Part shown: piece after piece, positions 24,946-38,175 of the stretch
How the letters are laid out: each line of letters opens with the position of its first letter
How positions within the stretch are numbered: position 1 is the first letter of the stretch
NCBI RefSeq assembly: GCF_006345805.1
Contig: NC_043001.1
Coordinates: forward strand, 125,116,001 to 125,180,000
DNA: 64,000 bases
Direction: 5' to 3'
Source: Octopus sinensis
Taxonomy: Eukaryota
The notes under the pieces: generated by a model
Databases searched by the model: none
Seen by the model: only the letters and a program-made list of their open reading frames with translations
What the model was told of the DNA's origin: nothing
Position numbers and translations under genes: made by a program

Positions 24946-25345
24946 AGGCGCAGGAGTGGCTGTGTGGTAAGTAGCTTGTTTACCAGCCACATGGTTCCGG
25001 GTTCAGTCCCACTGTGTGGCACCTTGTGCAAGTGTCTTCTACTATAGTCTCAGGCCGACCAAAGCCTTGTGAGTGGATTTGGTAGACGGAAACTGAAAGA
25101 AGCCCGTCGTATATATGTATCTATATGTATGTGTGTGTGTGTGTGTGTGTTTGTGTGTCTGTGTTTGTCCCCACCACCATTGCTTGACAACCGATGCTGG
25201 TGTGTTTATGTCCCCGTTACTTAGCAGTTCGGCAAAAGAGACCGATAGAATAAGTACTGTGCTTACAAAGAATAAGTCCCGGGGGTCGATTTGCTCGACT
25301 AAAGGCGGTGCTCCAGCATGGCCGCAGTCAAATGACTGAAACAAG
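24946..25345 (+). mobile_element. SINE family A
   Basis: Full head and tail. Confidence 0.9.
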
Positions 25346-25539
25346 TAAAAGAATAAAAGAATACCACTCAAGCATGTTATGGGCCTGTTGTTTAGGCCAC
25401 ATCTGTTTCCTTGTTTTCAGCTTTTAATGTTGTATGTGTAAAAGCCAACCAATCTGACACATCACTTCAGCATTCATTGCTCTTTTGAACAGGTTAATGA
25501 TGGCTAACTTGTAGAATGGGAGTTTTCTATACTAGTAAT

Positions 25540-25617
25540 TGTATGTATGTATGTATGTATGTATGCATGTGTGTGTATGTATGTATATATGTATATATGT
25601 ATGTGTATGTATGTATG

Positions 25618-25651
<34 letters not shown>

Positions 25652-25812
25652 TGTGTGTGTGTATGTATGTATGTGTGTATGTATGTGTGTGTGTATGTGT
25701 GAGTGTGTGTGTGTATGTATGTGTGTATGTATGTATGTGTGTATGTAAGTATGTGTGTGTGTATGTATGTGTGTGTGTATGTATGTGTGTGTGTATGTAT
25801 GTAAGTATGTAT
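25540..25812. repeat. (TATG/TG)n compound microsatellite
   Basis: Direct inspection. Confidence 0.95.
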
Positions 25813-25944
25813 GTTTTTTTATCTTTTACCTGTTCTAGTCATCTGCCTGCAGCCATGCTGGGGCACCAATTTGAAATTTTTTTTTTGTTGAATGTACCAA
25901 CCCCAGTACTTATTCATTTGAATATTTTTTAAAGCCTAGGACTT

Positions 25945-26805
25945 ACTCATGCAAACTCTGGCAGAACATAATCCCACCGTAACTGTTGAGGAACCAGCAG
26001 AGAGGCTTCGATTTGGTCATTCAACCATTCATCGACAGCAAATTGGGTCAATGGGTTCCTCACAAACTTTCCGAGTCGAATCGCGTGCAGAGAGTGAATG
26101 TGTGCTCGTCTTTGCTGTCGTGTCTCACAAATGAACCTTCTTTGGACCAAATAGTGACTGGTGATGAGAAATGGGTTCTCTATAAAAATGTCAAGTGCTG
26201 AAGACAGTGGGTAGGGAAAGGAGAAACACCGGCAACCCAGGCTAAAGAAGGTCTTCACCCACATAAGGTGTTATTTGTTTAGAGGGATATCAAAGGTTTA
26301 GTCAGTCTACTTGGATCTTTTAAACCCAAGCCAAACGATAAAAAAGGAGATCTACTGCAAGCAGCTTGAGTGACTTTAGTCAGTGGTAGAAGAAAAACAA
26401 CCATCTTAGGTTTGAAGATGAAAGGTGTTCTTCCATCAGGATAATGCTTGGCCACATACAGTGAGGATGACATTCCAAAGCTGGAGCAGTTTGAATGGGG
26501 AACAATGCCCCACCTACCATATTCACAAGACATTGCCCCATCTGATTATCATTTATCCAATCTTCAAAATTATTTGGATAGAAAAAACATGAATTTTGTA
26601 GAAAAGGTCAGAACAGTACTAGAGGAGTATTTTTTGTCATGGACAAATGAATTTTGGAAGAGGAGCCTTGCAAGTCTACCAGATAGATGGAAGAGCATTG
26701 TAGAAAATAAAGAAGAGTATATTTTAGATTAAAAAAGAACTTTGTTTATCTTAATTTTGAAAAATAAAAATATAAAAAAACTACATTATTTATGAGATGA
26801 CCCAA
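25945..26805 (+). mobile_element. 5'-truncated, frameshifted mariner transposon
   Basis: WVPHKL motif, IVTGDEKWVLY (first catalytic D), PHLPYSQDIAPSDYHL; right TIR CATTATTTATGAGATGACCCAA. Confidence 0.85.
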
Positions 26806-26861
26806 TGTATACAACATACATACATACATACATACATACAGACAGACAGACAGACAAACAT

Positions 26862-27090
26862 AAGGCGGCGAGCTGGCAGAAATGTTAGCACGCCGGGCGA
26901 AATGCTTAGCCGTATTTCGTCTGCCATTACGTTCTGGTTTCAAATTCCGCCGAGGTCGACTTTGCCTTTCATCCTTTCTGGGTCGATAAATTAAGCACCA
27001 GTTACGCTCTGGGGTCGATATAATCGACTTAATCCGTTTGTCTGTCCTTGTTTGTCCCTTCTGTGTTTAGCCCCTTGTGGGCAATAAAGA
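26862..27090 (+). mobile_element. SINE family B
   Basis: GGCGGCGAGCTGGCAGAA head to GGCAATAAAGAAATA tail. Confidence 0.9.
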
Positions 27091-27136
27091 AATATATATG
27101 TATGTATGTATGTGTGTATATGTATGTAAGTATGTG

Positions 27137-27187
<51 letters not shown>

Positions 27188-27487
27188 CACACACAGAAGG
27201 AGAGAGATAGTATGGGATAGATAAACTGGGAAGTTAGCCAAACAGAATGTCATACTTAACCAAAACACAAATAGGTTCTTTATGAAAATAAAGTGACATC
27301 ACAAAACTCACTGCCAATCAAAACCTGTTTCTATGTATAGGGAACCAACTAACCAACCAACCAAAACACTAACGTCAAAGCAAAATTTTTTTTTTTTGAC
27401 CAAAAACATCCACCAGAAAGAATAAGATGTCACCAAAATTATAATGAATCAAAAATTAGATCCCTTAACATAAGAACATACACATGT

Positions 27488-28218
27488 AGGTGCAGGAGTG
27501 GCTGTGTGGTAAGTAGCTTGTTTACCAACCACATGGTTCCGGGTTCAGTCCCACTGCGTGGCACCTTGGGCAAGTGTCTTCTATTATAGCCTCGGGCCGA
27601 CCAATGCCTTGTGAGTGGATTTGGTAGACAGAAACTGAAAGAAGCCTGTCGTATATATGTATATATATATATATGCGTGTGTGTGTGTTTGTGTGTCTGT
27701 GATTGTTGTATACATGTATATATGTATATGTGTGTATGTGAATGTGTGTGTGTGTATATATATATGTACATTATCATCATCATCATTGTTTAACATCCGT
27801 TTTCCATGCTAGCATGGGTTGAATGATTTGACTGAGGTCTGGCTAACCAGATGGCTGCACCAGGTTCCAATCTGATCTGGCAGAGTTTCTACAACTGGAT
27901 GCCCTTCCTAATGCCAACCACTCCGTGAGTGTAGTGGGTGCTTTTTACGTGCCACCTGCACAGGTGCCAGACGAGGCTGGCAAATGGCCACGATCAGATG
28001 GTGCTTTTTATATGCCACCAGCACGGAGGCCAGGCGAGGCTGGCAACGGCCATGATCGGATGGTGCTTTTTACGTGCCACTGGCACAGAGGCCAGTTGAG
28101 GCTGGCAACGACCACGATCGGATGGTGCTTTTTACATGCCACCGGCACAGAGGCCAGGTGAGGCTGGCAACGGCTACAATCGAATGGTGCTTTTTACGTG
28201 CCACTGGCACGGAGGCAG
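27488..28218. mobile_element. SINE A 5' half (+, 27488-27770) abutting family C (-, 27772-28218) with 5-6 minisatellite units
   Basis: Repeated GGTGCTTTTTACGTGCCACC..GAGGCTGGCAACGGCCACGATCGGAT units. Confidence 0.85.
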
Positions 28219-29761
28219 TCGGGGAAAAGATAACCAGACAACAGTAAAAACAATGTAATGAACAAACAAATCTCTTTATGAACCAACAATCAATATTCCT
28301 TGTGAACTAACCAACCAACATCTTCTGACCTCACTGTGAAATAACACGAACTTCACTCAACTCCAAACTCTGAACCTTTTGAACTCATTCAGATCATTAC
28401 TATTTATACTTTACTTGGACCAGTCTATCTCTTGCAAACGATGGGGTCGTAACTCCCATCACAACAATGTGTTTGTTCGATTTCTACTTCACACACCCTG
28501 TTGACTGTTCCTACATATGTGATAAAATCATAATTCTCTTTTTTCGTTATATTCTAGCACTCCATTCAAGTGTTTAATAAAGAAGTTTTATCACCGAATT
28601 TGTTAGACAGTAATTATATTGTTCCTTTAAAACAAATTTCATTGGGTTTTTGGGCAATAAAAAATCACAGTAACATTCATGCTCTAATTGGAGCTAATTT
28701 TCGCAATAACAATCTCACTTTTTGTTTATCCGACCATTATGTGCAATCTTGCTTTAAAATCTTCTCCTACCTTTAGTAGTGTGATGCAATAGTTATACCT
28801 TCCTCTGAGTTATAACTGAATTCATTAATCAAGTTTGAAATGCCATCTGGCAAAAACGAACTTGCCTCATCTTTGGACTTCTTTGAATATAGTTCCAATA
28901 ATTGTTGTTGTAGGTGTTGCAGTAATAGTTGCTTCTGAAACTCCTGTTGCTCCTCTTGTTGTTGTTTTTGCAACTGTACTATGGAAGCTAATGGGTCTTC
29001 CATTATTTAGCAAGTTGTATCACAATTAAATTGTTAAATAGCATACTTGAGCTTCAAAATCCTTATCGCCTGATGTTGCAACGTAGATTGTTACATACAA
29101 TAAATAAGATAACTAGACAACGGTAAAAACAATGTAACAAGCTAACAAATCTCTTTATGAACCAACAATTGATATTCCTTGTGAACTAACCAACTGACAC
29201 CTTCCGACTTCACTGCAAACTAACACGAACTTCACTTGACTTCAAACTCTGAACTTTTTGAACTCACTTGGATCGTTACTATTTATACTTTACTTGGACC
29301 AGTCTATCTCTCACAAGGGGGGTGTCATAACTCTCATCACAACATCTCCCCTTTTGAGATTTTGACTACTGTGAGAAAGTGGAATTTCTTTTATTTTTTT
29401 CTTTCTAACACCTCTCTCTCTTTTTTCTTTTAGCCATTGTATCTTAACTGTTACCCGACTTTTAAGGGTAGTACTGTTCATTGCACAAAGCACTTTTTCT
29501 TTTCATTGTACTAAGCACTCTTGTTTTTGTTTTTCTTTTTCTTGAAAATTTGATATCTTTTTTGTTCAGGTATTACTTCCAGATATTCAGTTTGTTTTCG
29601 TTTCTGAAGCTAGTTCTATAGGGTTCAATATCTCTTGGTGTTGACACTTCAAACATATCATAGAAGACTTCCATTGGTATTACCCTTCGTCCTTCTGTAT
29701 GCTTCATCTTTGACTGGTTAAGGTGTCTCTCATGTTCCAAATATTGTCCTTTAATTAAATA

Positions 29762-31054
29762 TTAGGTTGTCAAGAAAGTTCTTGCGGTTTTTAAATTTTA
29801 AATTCAGATGCACATATCTCGGCTCAAACAAAACTTTATTAATCGAAATAAACACCATCAGAATCGATACACTTTTGCCAATGTGAAACAAGTTTATTTA
29901 TGCCAGTAGTGTAAAAATCCGGCGTTCTGGTGGCGATGAAGTCGTTTAAGGCGTGTTTGGCATCGTCTTGGTTTTTGAAGCATTTCTCACGCAGGAAGTG
30001 GTCGAGATGCTTGAAAAGTGGTTGTCGGTAGGCGAGAGGTCTGGTGAGTATGGCGGATGAGGCAGAATTTCGTAGCCCAATTCGTTCAGCTTCTGCAGGG
30101 TTAGTTGTGCGACGTGCGGCTGAGCGTTGTTGTGGAGAAGAATTGGTCCTTTTCTATTGACCAATGCTGGCTGTTGTTGTCTGAGTTTCTTATGCATTTC
30201 ATCCTTTTGCTGACAGTACTTCTCCGCCATAATGGTTTCGCATGGATCCAAAGAGCTGTGATGGATGAGACCGTCCACAGACCACCAAACAGTCACCATG
30301 ACCTTCTTTTGGTGCAACTTTGGCTTCGGGCATGGAGCTTTGTCGACGTCCAAACACTGATCTGAGCGTTGCCAGCTGTCGTAAAGAATCCACTTTTCAT
30401 CACAAGTCACAATCCGGTCGAGAAACAAGTTGTTCTTGTTGAGTAATAGAAGGGAAGACAACACTTCAAAACAGCGTTTTTTTTTTGTTTTTTGTTTTTG
30501 GTATCGGTCAGTTCATGCGGCACCCATTTCTCAAGTATTTTTGTTTTTCCAATCTCTTTCAAGTTGTCGGAAATTGTGGTATAAGTTATGTCTAATTCAG
30601 AAGCAAGCTCTCCAACAGCTGTGCGAGGATTGGCTTCCGCTAAGGCTCTTAGTTGATCATTGTTAACATCCAATGGCCAACCACTACACTTATCATCTTC
30701 AAGACTCTCGTCACGGCTATGAAAATTCTTGAACCACCATTGTGCTGTACGTTCATTAGTGAATCCTGGGCTAAACACATCGTTGATATCGCGTACTGTT
30801 TCACCAGCTTTTCGACCTAGCTTGAACTGGAATAAGAAAATTGTGCAAATTTGCTTTTTGTCCATGTTGTATTCAACGTTCTGGTAAAAACGGTCTAATT
30901 ATTCAAAAAGAAAACGAGTAACACGATTAAATAGAGCGAGAAACGGGCTTTAAAGTGATATATAAAGTTAAAGTAATTTAACGAAAATTAATTTGAAAAT
31001 ACATAATTTAAAACCAAAATTTAAAATTTCGCAAGAGCTTTCTTGACAACCTAA
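29762..31054 (-). mobile_element. Full-length (1293 bp) mariner with inactivated transposase, Hsmar1/cecropia-like
   Basis: TIR TTAGGTTGTCAAGAAAG.TCTTGCG, TA TSDs; MDKKQICTIFLFQFKLGRKA, WVPHEL, VTCDEKWILYD, HPPYSPDLSPTD split over frameshifted ORFs 30407..30865 and 29946..30464. Confidence 0.95.
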
Positions 31055-31318
31055 TACATCATGTTACCTAATCTTTTGATTACACAGCCATCCTCCCAAC
31101 CTTCTTTACCATTTTTGTAATTTTTAAAATGAACTTTATCTCCTACTTCAAAATGTTTTGTAATATTTCTTGTATTTTCTTTAAATGTATTTTTTGTCTT
31201 CCTTTATATGTATTTTTTTCCTGGCAATTTATCGAAGATCGATTTTATTTTACACGTGAACATTAACTCTGATGGCGATTTTCCTGAATTAGTATTTGGA
31301 ATTGGCGTTATTCTATAT

Positions 31319-31832
31319 CAGGGGTGGGGAAGCTTTTTAGTGTGGCGGGCAAAAATTTCAAAGAAAAAGGTCCGCCAGCAGATCACACGTTCTAACTCTT
31401 ACATCTGTGTAAATCTTGTATAGATCTATGTATAATTCAATATACATTAATAAAGATAAGTTTAACACATTAAATTAACGTGTAACATCTTCATCAACGC
31501 TACCACTTAATTTAGGACGCTTATATTATTTATGGGGTATTCTATACTTTTCAGCTAGAGTGTATTGGCTCTCAAGTGGGTGGTACAAACCTACCAATAT
31601 GTGTTTTATAATAAAATCAGAAATTTCATTCAAATGGCAATTACCGGACGATTTTCTGTTCAAGTCTAACCATTTTAAGTCATATCGCAAATAGACATAC
31701 GAATATTGTATAAATTTTATAATTGAAAAGTTTACTATATTTTGTATATACAAGTATAGCAACTAGAGTGGGTGCAATAAAATAGGCTTGCATGCGCACT
31801 TGCACCTACGGACGGGTGTTTCCCCACCCCTG
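31319..31832. mobile_element. hAT MITE inserted in Gypsy integrase
   Basis: TIR CAGGGGTGGGGAA; perfect 8-bp TSD TTCTATAT; KFLRVY|RITP integrase frame is interrupted exactly here. Confidence 0.9.
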
Positions 31833-33184
31833 TTCTATATACTCTCAAAAATTTCGTTAATTCCTCATCATTACTTTGCTCTTTTGAGCGTGTCGACAAA
31901 TCTTTCCACCTACCCATTTTGACCTCGGATGGTAGGCTGGAGTAAAGATGTGCTTTATGGCATGTATTTGATTTTAGGCAAAAAAGAAAAAAAAATTCAG
32001 TGAGTTTGAAACCATAATCCTTAATCTTTTTAAAGATACACTTCATGTGTTCAATATGCTCATTCCATGATTCACGTTTGATTAACACATCATCAAGGTA
32101 AGGAATAGTAAATTGACAGTCTGCCAACATCATGTCCATCACCTATTGAAATATTGCAGGTGTTACCTTCAGTCCAAAAGTAGTCTATTGTATTTGAGTA
32201 GACCTATGTGCGTGTTGACCATTAACAGCTCTGAGCATTTTTTGTCTACTTTGATTTGTTGATATGCATCAGACAGAGCGAGTTTTGAAAATATTTTTCC
32301 TCCTAAATGGAGGAAAGATATGTGTAAACAACGAATTTTTAAAAAGCGGTGCTAGTCAGTACCCTCTGTCACTAAATGTTTTGTAAAAATATCTTCTGGG
32401 GTCGGTAGTGGATAATGGTTCATTTTTAAACAGTCATTTAAACTGGTCAAAAAATTGGCACACAACCTAATTTTGTTGTTTTTCTTATTTATACAGAGCT
32501 TCCCATTTCGCGTAATCCACATTTTCAATGATTCTGTTTTTTGCCAATCTATCCAATTCATCGTCCACTTGCTGTATTGTCACAAAAGGCACTTTACTAT
32601 TAGGCTTCAACACAAGTGTAATGTTATCATCTAATTCAAAATATGCTTCAGTCTTTGTGCGTTGACCTAGTTTGTCTGAGAAAAAAAAATTTTCTCTTTA
32701 ACTCTTCAGATAAATTATTTTTAAAGGAACAACCATTTACATTTTTACAATAGAGATATATAAGGAGGTCCCATAAATCAAATAATTCTAACCAATCAGT
32801 ATCAAACAGATCGGTTGCATTTTTGACAATGAAGAATTTTGCCTTGTATGTTTTCCCTCAAAATGTGATATTAGTCCACATTTTGCCAGTGAAATGTAAT
32901 TTGTCACCTATCACAATATGAGCAGATTTCACTGTTTTTCTCAACATAGGTTTCCCTATTTTCTTCCATGTGTCCATATATATTATTAAAATATCACTTC
33001 TAGTATCCAATTGAAGTTTAATATATATTCCATTTATTTTTATGTGTACGAATTTTCTTATTTGGGAGTCAATTTTTGTTTTTGCTGAAAGCACTCTAGA
33101 ATTTTTAACATTTGACCTTCATAATTTTGTTCTGCAGTGTGAACTCTTGTGACCAATTCTTTTACAACTGTAACAAGAGCCCAT

Positions 33185-33595
33185 CACCAATGGAGAGTAT
33201 TATGCCAAATTGCTTAGACAGTTATGAAAGGTTATCAAAACCAGATGCCCAGGAAAACTGACAAAAGGGTTCTTGTTTCGTCAGGACAATATTCCAGCAC
33301 ATAAGTCTTTACTTTCAATTGCTGCTGTGCATGATTGTGGCTTTGAACTGGTTGATCACCCTCCCTATTCTGATTTGGCCCCATCTGGGAACCAGTATTG
33401 TAGTAATAATGATGTCATATCTATTGATCATGACTTCTTTGACCAACAGGATGAAAGCTTCTTCACCAATGGGATCCAAGTTCTGCAGCACCAATGGAAG
33501 AAGTGTGTGAACCTCAATAGGAACTATGTCGAAAAATAAACCTCATTCCATGAGAGTATCTTGGTCAGCCTATGAACTTTTCAGCCAGCCCTCAT
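33185..33595 (+). mobile_element. Mariner 3' fragment
   Basis: QDNIPAH, ELVDHPPYSDLAPS and C-terminal W.KCV..N..YVEK motifs. Confidence 0.8.
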
Positions 33596-33622
33596 TGAAA
33601 TAAAAATAAATAACATACATAG

Positions 33623-33726
33623 CGTCATTTTGGTGGAGGAAGAAATATTCAATATTTCATGAATTTGCCACAAAGACCGCTTATGATTTTCCAAAGAATA
33701 TTGATATTTTAGCTTCCTATTTTTTA
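33623..33726 (+). CDS. Possible internal exon of the plus-strand host gene (SFWWRKKYSIFHEFATKTAYDFPKNIDILASYFL)
   Basis: One frame open to a good donor TTA|GTGAGT; acceptor is weak; no homology recognised. Confidence 0.25.
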
Positions 33727-34039
33727 GTGAGTTAGTGTATTAGTAACAAGTGTGAATATTTATTTAAGTGAATTATTATTGTCTAATATGTGCCGATATA
33801 TTGAAGGAAGACAACTGAAAATTTTTTAATTATATTTTAATTTTTATCATATCTTTATACATCATCATTTAGCGTCCGTTCTCCATGCTATTATATTTTA
33901 ATCATATCTTAGTTTATGAATATGAGTGTTTAGGTACTTGAATGCATTATTCAAGTGAAATATATTTGTCAATCAATTGTGGATATATTGACAGAAAATT
34001 GCATATTTATAACTATCAATTTATAACTGTTTATATTAG

Positions 34040-34453
34040 TTACTCTTTACTCTTTTATTCTTTTACTTGTTTCAGTCATTTTGACTGCGGCCATGCTGGA
34101 GCACCACTTTTAGTCGAGCAAATCAACCCCGGGACTTATTCTTTGTAAGTCCAGTACTTATTCTATCGGTCTCTTTTGCCGAACCGCAAAGTGACGGGGA
34201 TGTAAACACACCAGCATCGGTTGTCAAGCAATGCTAGGGGAACAAACACAGACACACAAACATATACACACACATACATATACATATATACGACAGGCTT
34301 CTTTCAGTTTCCGTCTACCAAATCCACTCACAAGGCTTTGGTCGGCCCGAGGCTATAGCAGAAGACACTTGCCCAAGATGCCACGCAGTGGGACTGAACC
34401 CAGAACCATGTGGTTGGTTAGCAAGCTATTTACCACACAGCCACTCCTGCGCC
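34040..34453 (-). mobile_element. SINE family A
   Basis: Full copy. Confidence 0.9.
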
Positions 34454-34599
34454 TAGTATAATCCCGTATATCATTCGCGCTCTGAATCATTCTGGCATCA
34501 AATATTGTGATTTGTGTGTATTCTTTTTGTAATGAAGAATCTGAAATTTCAATGTATTATATTTCATATTGTTTTAATCTACTTATTGATATAAATAAG

Positions 34600-35085
34600 G
34601 AGTAGCTCATTTTGGAGTGGGACAGTATCGTCTGGAGTTTGGATAGCCATGGATATTTTTGTATGATTGGCACCCATGCCAACCCCCCTTTACTTGCGAA
34701 GACATGTTGGGGCAAACGAAAGCGAAAGCGAAATCGAATTGAACCAGCCAGGATCCCTGGTCTGGTGGTACGTAAAAAGCACTATCCAACTCGTGGCCGA
34801 TGCCAGCGCCGCCTCGACTGGCTTCCGTGCCGGTGGCACATAAATTACACCAATCCGACCGTGGCCGTTGCCAGCCTCGCCTGGCACCTGTGCAGGTGGC
34901 ACGTAAAAAGCACCCACTATACTCACGGAGTGGTTGGCGTTAGGAAGGGCATCCAGCTGTAGAAACATTGCCAGATAAGACTGGAGCCTGGTGCAGCCTT
35001 CTGGCTTCCCAGATCTCCGGTCGAACAGTCCAACCCATGCTAGCATGGAGAACGGACGTTAAACGATGATGATGATGATGATGAT
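34600..35085 (+). mobile_element. Family C element with upstream LINE-like 3' sequence and (GAT)n tail
   Basis: CTTGCGAAGACATGTTGGGGC leader, minisatellite units, GATGATGAT tail. Confidence 0.8.
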
Positions 35086-35149
35086 GGCGTAACTTGTTAT
35101 TTCAGATAAGTACACTTGTGATAGGTTGATGATAAATAATTACAGCCCT

Positions 35150-35440
35150 AAAACCATTACAGCCTCTTAAGATCAGTCTTCTTCATCACTTCATCCCAAC
35201 TCTCTCTAGATCTCCCTCTTCCACAGACTATAAATGCTTGAAGCATTCATTTCATCTTCATACAACTGACATCATCCATACTCACCACATGCACAGAGCA
35301 GTGCAGTTTGCTCTATACATCCGATTCCTTTTATATCCAGCTGTTCTCTCAGCTCATTTGTCCTCTTTCAATCATATATGCTAATATCATTCATCTAGCA
35401 ATGCATGCTTGCTTCATTTTTGTCTACATAAAAAAGAAAA
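35150..35440 (-). mobile_element. Old RTE LINE remnant
   Basis: Minus translation GRSRESWDEVMKK resembles the RTE GRPRKTW..V..D motif. Confidence 0.45.
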
Positions 35441-35493
35441 GGAACTGAAACAATTTTACATCCTTGTTATTGTAGAACAGAGGTTCCTGATCA

Positions 35494-35882
35494 TTTTTTA
35501 CCTCTGCCAAAGAAGGTGGTTATGTTTTTATCAGTGTTGGTTTGTCCGTCTGTCTGCCTGTGTGCAAAATAACTCAAAATGTTGAGAATGGTATTTAATG
35601 AAACTTGCAGGAAAAGTTGGTAATGACACAAAGAACAGATGAAGAAATTTTGGTAGTAATCCGGGAATTTTTATGGATTCCTGAAGGATCTTTCTTTTGT
35701 TATATCTACTTTACATGAAATATTACAATGTTACGTTCTTTGATTATCTCCCTTGAAAACACGTTCATCGTTTCCACATAACCTATGGTGGCATTGCTGA
35801 TTCCAAAGTTTATTTTCATTTCTCTATTAGTAATTTTACTCGCGTATCTATCTTAAAATAAACTGCTTGGCGGAGGTCTGCA
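35494..35882 (+). mobile_element. Helentron-associated element (HINE)
   Basis: TTTTTACCTCTGCCAA 5' subTIR, GTCCGTCTGTCTG microsatellite, 3' subTIR CTTGGCGGAGGT. Confidence 0.7.
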
Positions 35883-35884
35883 GA

Positions 35885-36372
35885 GGATGACATGACAAGC
35901 CTTGACTATTGGGATTGACTCAAAAAGCTCAGGCTTTGCTCCCTCCACCACTGCCATGAGCTCTATATCTTCTGTATGATGTGGAAAATATTCTATCAAC
36001 ATTGCCCATCTTTAAAATTCGCCTGAGGCTTGACCCCTGTGCTATCCGTCCACTACAGAAATGTTCGTGTCGTATCATAACACTACGACAGAACTATTTC
36101 ACTTCAATTGGCCCTGCTCTCTTCAACATCGTGTCAGACACACATAAAGGAGGAAAGTGACTTCACAGTATTCAAACGATCCCTAGATGATTACCCCCAA
36201 CAAAAACCAGATAAACCACCAACACCCAGATATGTCTCTGAAAACAATAACCCTCTGCTTGAATGGGCTACGGTTCCCCAGAGCTGACTGTGTATCTCTT
36301 CCAGGTGGTGCTATTAAATTAGACATGTCCTGAGTCAACTTCGGCCGAAACTTATCTAAGTAATCTAATCTA
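35885..36372 (+). mobile_element. CR1/Jockey-group LINE 3' end
   Basis: NYFTSIGPALFNIV..FKRSLD..DKPPTP remnant and (ATCTA)n-like tail. Confidence 0.65.
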
Positions 36373-36894
36373 TGCCGTAACCTTTTAATCAGAGCATGAC
36401 AACGTGGGTAGAGGCTGATATCTTAACGTTTCTGATGGTCTTAAGTATAAAAAAAAAATTATGCAAGATTTATACAGAATTACATTCAAAGTATGTCTAT
36501 AAGCTATTGTGTTTAGACATGGTTTCTATCCTCAAACTGTTCCGTTTTGTAGATGCAATTTTTTTTATAAAGAACTCTGAAATTAGAAAAATCAAAAGTC
36601 TGCAACAATATACTGTTATGGACCCCCAATTTACTATTTTGTTACATGGACCCCCACAAAGATCTTATATGGACCCCAGCTGATAACGACTGTTGTTGAA
36701 GAAAGAAATAGAAACATTTTTATGACTTAGGGATTGTCCACTCTGTAAGGAGGTTGGTATTAGGAAAGGCATCCAGCCATAAAAGCACTGCCAAAACAAA
36801 CAGTGAAGCCTGGTGCAGTCTTCTGCCTAGTCAGCCCCTGTCAAACTGTCCGACCCATGCCAACATGGAAAATAGACTTTAAAGTGATGATGAT

Positions 36895-37135
36895 GAGGAG
36901 GAGGGGGAGGAAGAAGAAGCAGAGAAGAGGAAGAGGAGAAGTAGGAGGAGGAGGTGGAGGAGGAAGAGGAGAAGGAAGAGGAGGAGGAAGAAGCAGAGAA
37001 GAGGAGAAGGAAGAGGAGAAGGAAGAGGAGGAAGAAGAAGCAGAGAAGAGGAGAAGGAAGAGGAGGAGAAGTAGGAAGAGGAGGTGGAGGAGGAAGAGAT
37101 GGAGGAGGAAGAGGAGAAGGAAGAGGAAGATGATG
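36895..37135. repeat. (GAG/GAA)n purine microsatellite
   Basis: Direct inspection. Confidence 0.95.
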
Positions 37136-37139
37136 ATCA

Positions 37140-37290
37140 TTCAAGGTCCATGTCCTATTACCATGTTTTATTGCACTTTGTATACAAGCATCATATACTC
37201 TGCTCTTTATGCTTACAGAAAAATTCTTTGTTTCCATCTAATCCTTACTCTGGCTACTCTGCTTTTGGAACATCACACCACTGCTAATTA
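37140..37290 (-). mobile_element. RTE LINE fragment
   Basis: KSRVYDACIQSAIKHGNRTWTL resembles RTE KGRLYDACVR..MLHGSETW. Confidence 0.6.
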
Positions 37291-37422
37291 AGTCATATGG
37301 CTTACTGGTCTCTGACCTTTTTGGAGCACCACAATTTGGCTATAATAAGCAAGACAGTTTTTTTTTATGCAGACTGGGTGATCAGGTACATAACAAAACA
37401 CAAAATGCTGCATAAAATACAA

Positions 37423-37472
<50 letters not shown>

Positions 37473-37559
37473 ATATATATATAATATATATATATAATTT
37501 ACAAAATTAGGGCAAAAGAAAAATTCTAATGCCAAATATGCCGAAAAAAGACAAAAATT

Positions 37560-37925
37560 AGGCGTAGGAGTGGCTGTGTGGTAAGTAGCTTGCTAACCAA
37601 CCACATGGTTCCGGGTTCAGTCCCACTGCGTGGCATGTTGGGCAAGTGTCTTCTGCTATAGCCCCGGGCCGACCAATGCCTTGTGAGTGGATTTGGTAGA
37701 CGGAAACTGAAAGAAGCCTGTCGTATATATGTATATATATATGTATGTGTGTGTGTGTGTTTGTCCCCCTAGCATTGCTTGACACACATTGCTGGTGTGT
37801 TTATGTCCCCGTTACTTAGCGGTTCGGCAAAAGAGACCGATAGAATAAGTACTAAAGGCGGTGCTCCAGCATGGCCGCAGTCAAATGACTGAAACAAGTA
37901 AAAGAGTAAAAGAGAAAAAGAGAGT
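37560..37925 (+). mobile_element. SINE family A
   Basis: Full head; small internal deletion before the tail. Confidence 0.9.
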
Positions 37926-38089
37926 AACCATTATAATTTATGCGTCTCGAAACAAACCGATAGAAATTTCTGAACAATTCGTTATTACCGAAATTGGTCC
38001 CAATTTCAGGGTTAATTAATAAAGGTATTTTTGATATGCTGGCCATGGATAAAAATTTTTTCCCGAAAAAAATTTTATCCTACATTAGT

Positions 38090-38175
<86 letters not shown>

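Larger units (their letters stand above)
28227..33140 (-). mobile_element. Decayed Ty3/Gypsy (Mag-like) LTR retrotransposon complex in pol-PPT-LTR-PBS-gag-LTR order
   Basis: Protease LQLDTRSD (about 32990), RT IRLCANF..PLPTPEDIF and YLDD, integrase tail SPSELMF, PPT AAAAGGGGAGA at 29345-29355, LTR 29074-29344, PBS-like TCAGGCGATAAGGAT, gag INEFSYNSEEG, second LTR piece 28227-28466. Confidence 0.8.

Noticed and set aside
27925-28218. CRISPR-like regularly spaced repeats
   Set aside because: Eukaryotic context; the spacers are homologous to each other, so this is a minisatellite inside a retroposon.
36803-37291. Arg/Glu/Gly-rich 162-aa ORF and its antisense partners
   Set aside because: Translation of a (GAG/GAA)n microsatellite flanked by SINE and RTE fragments.
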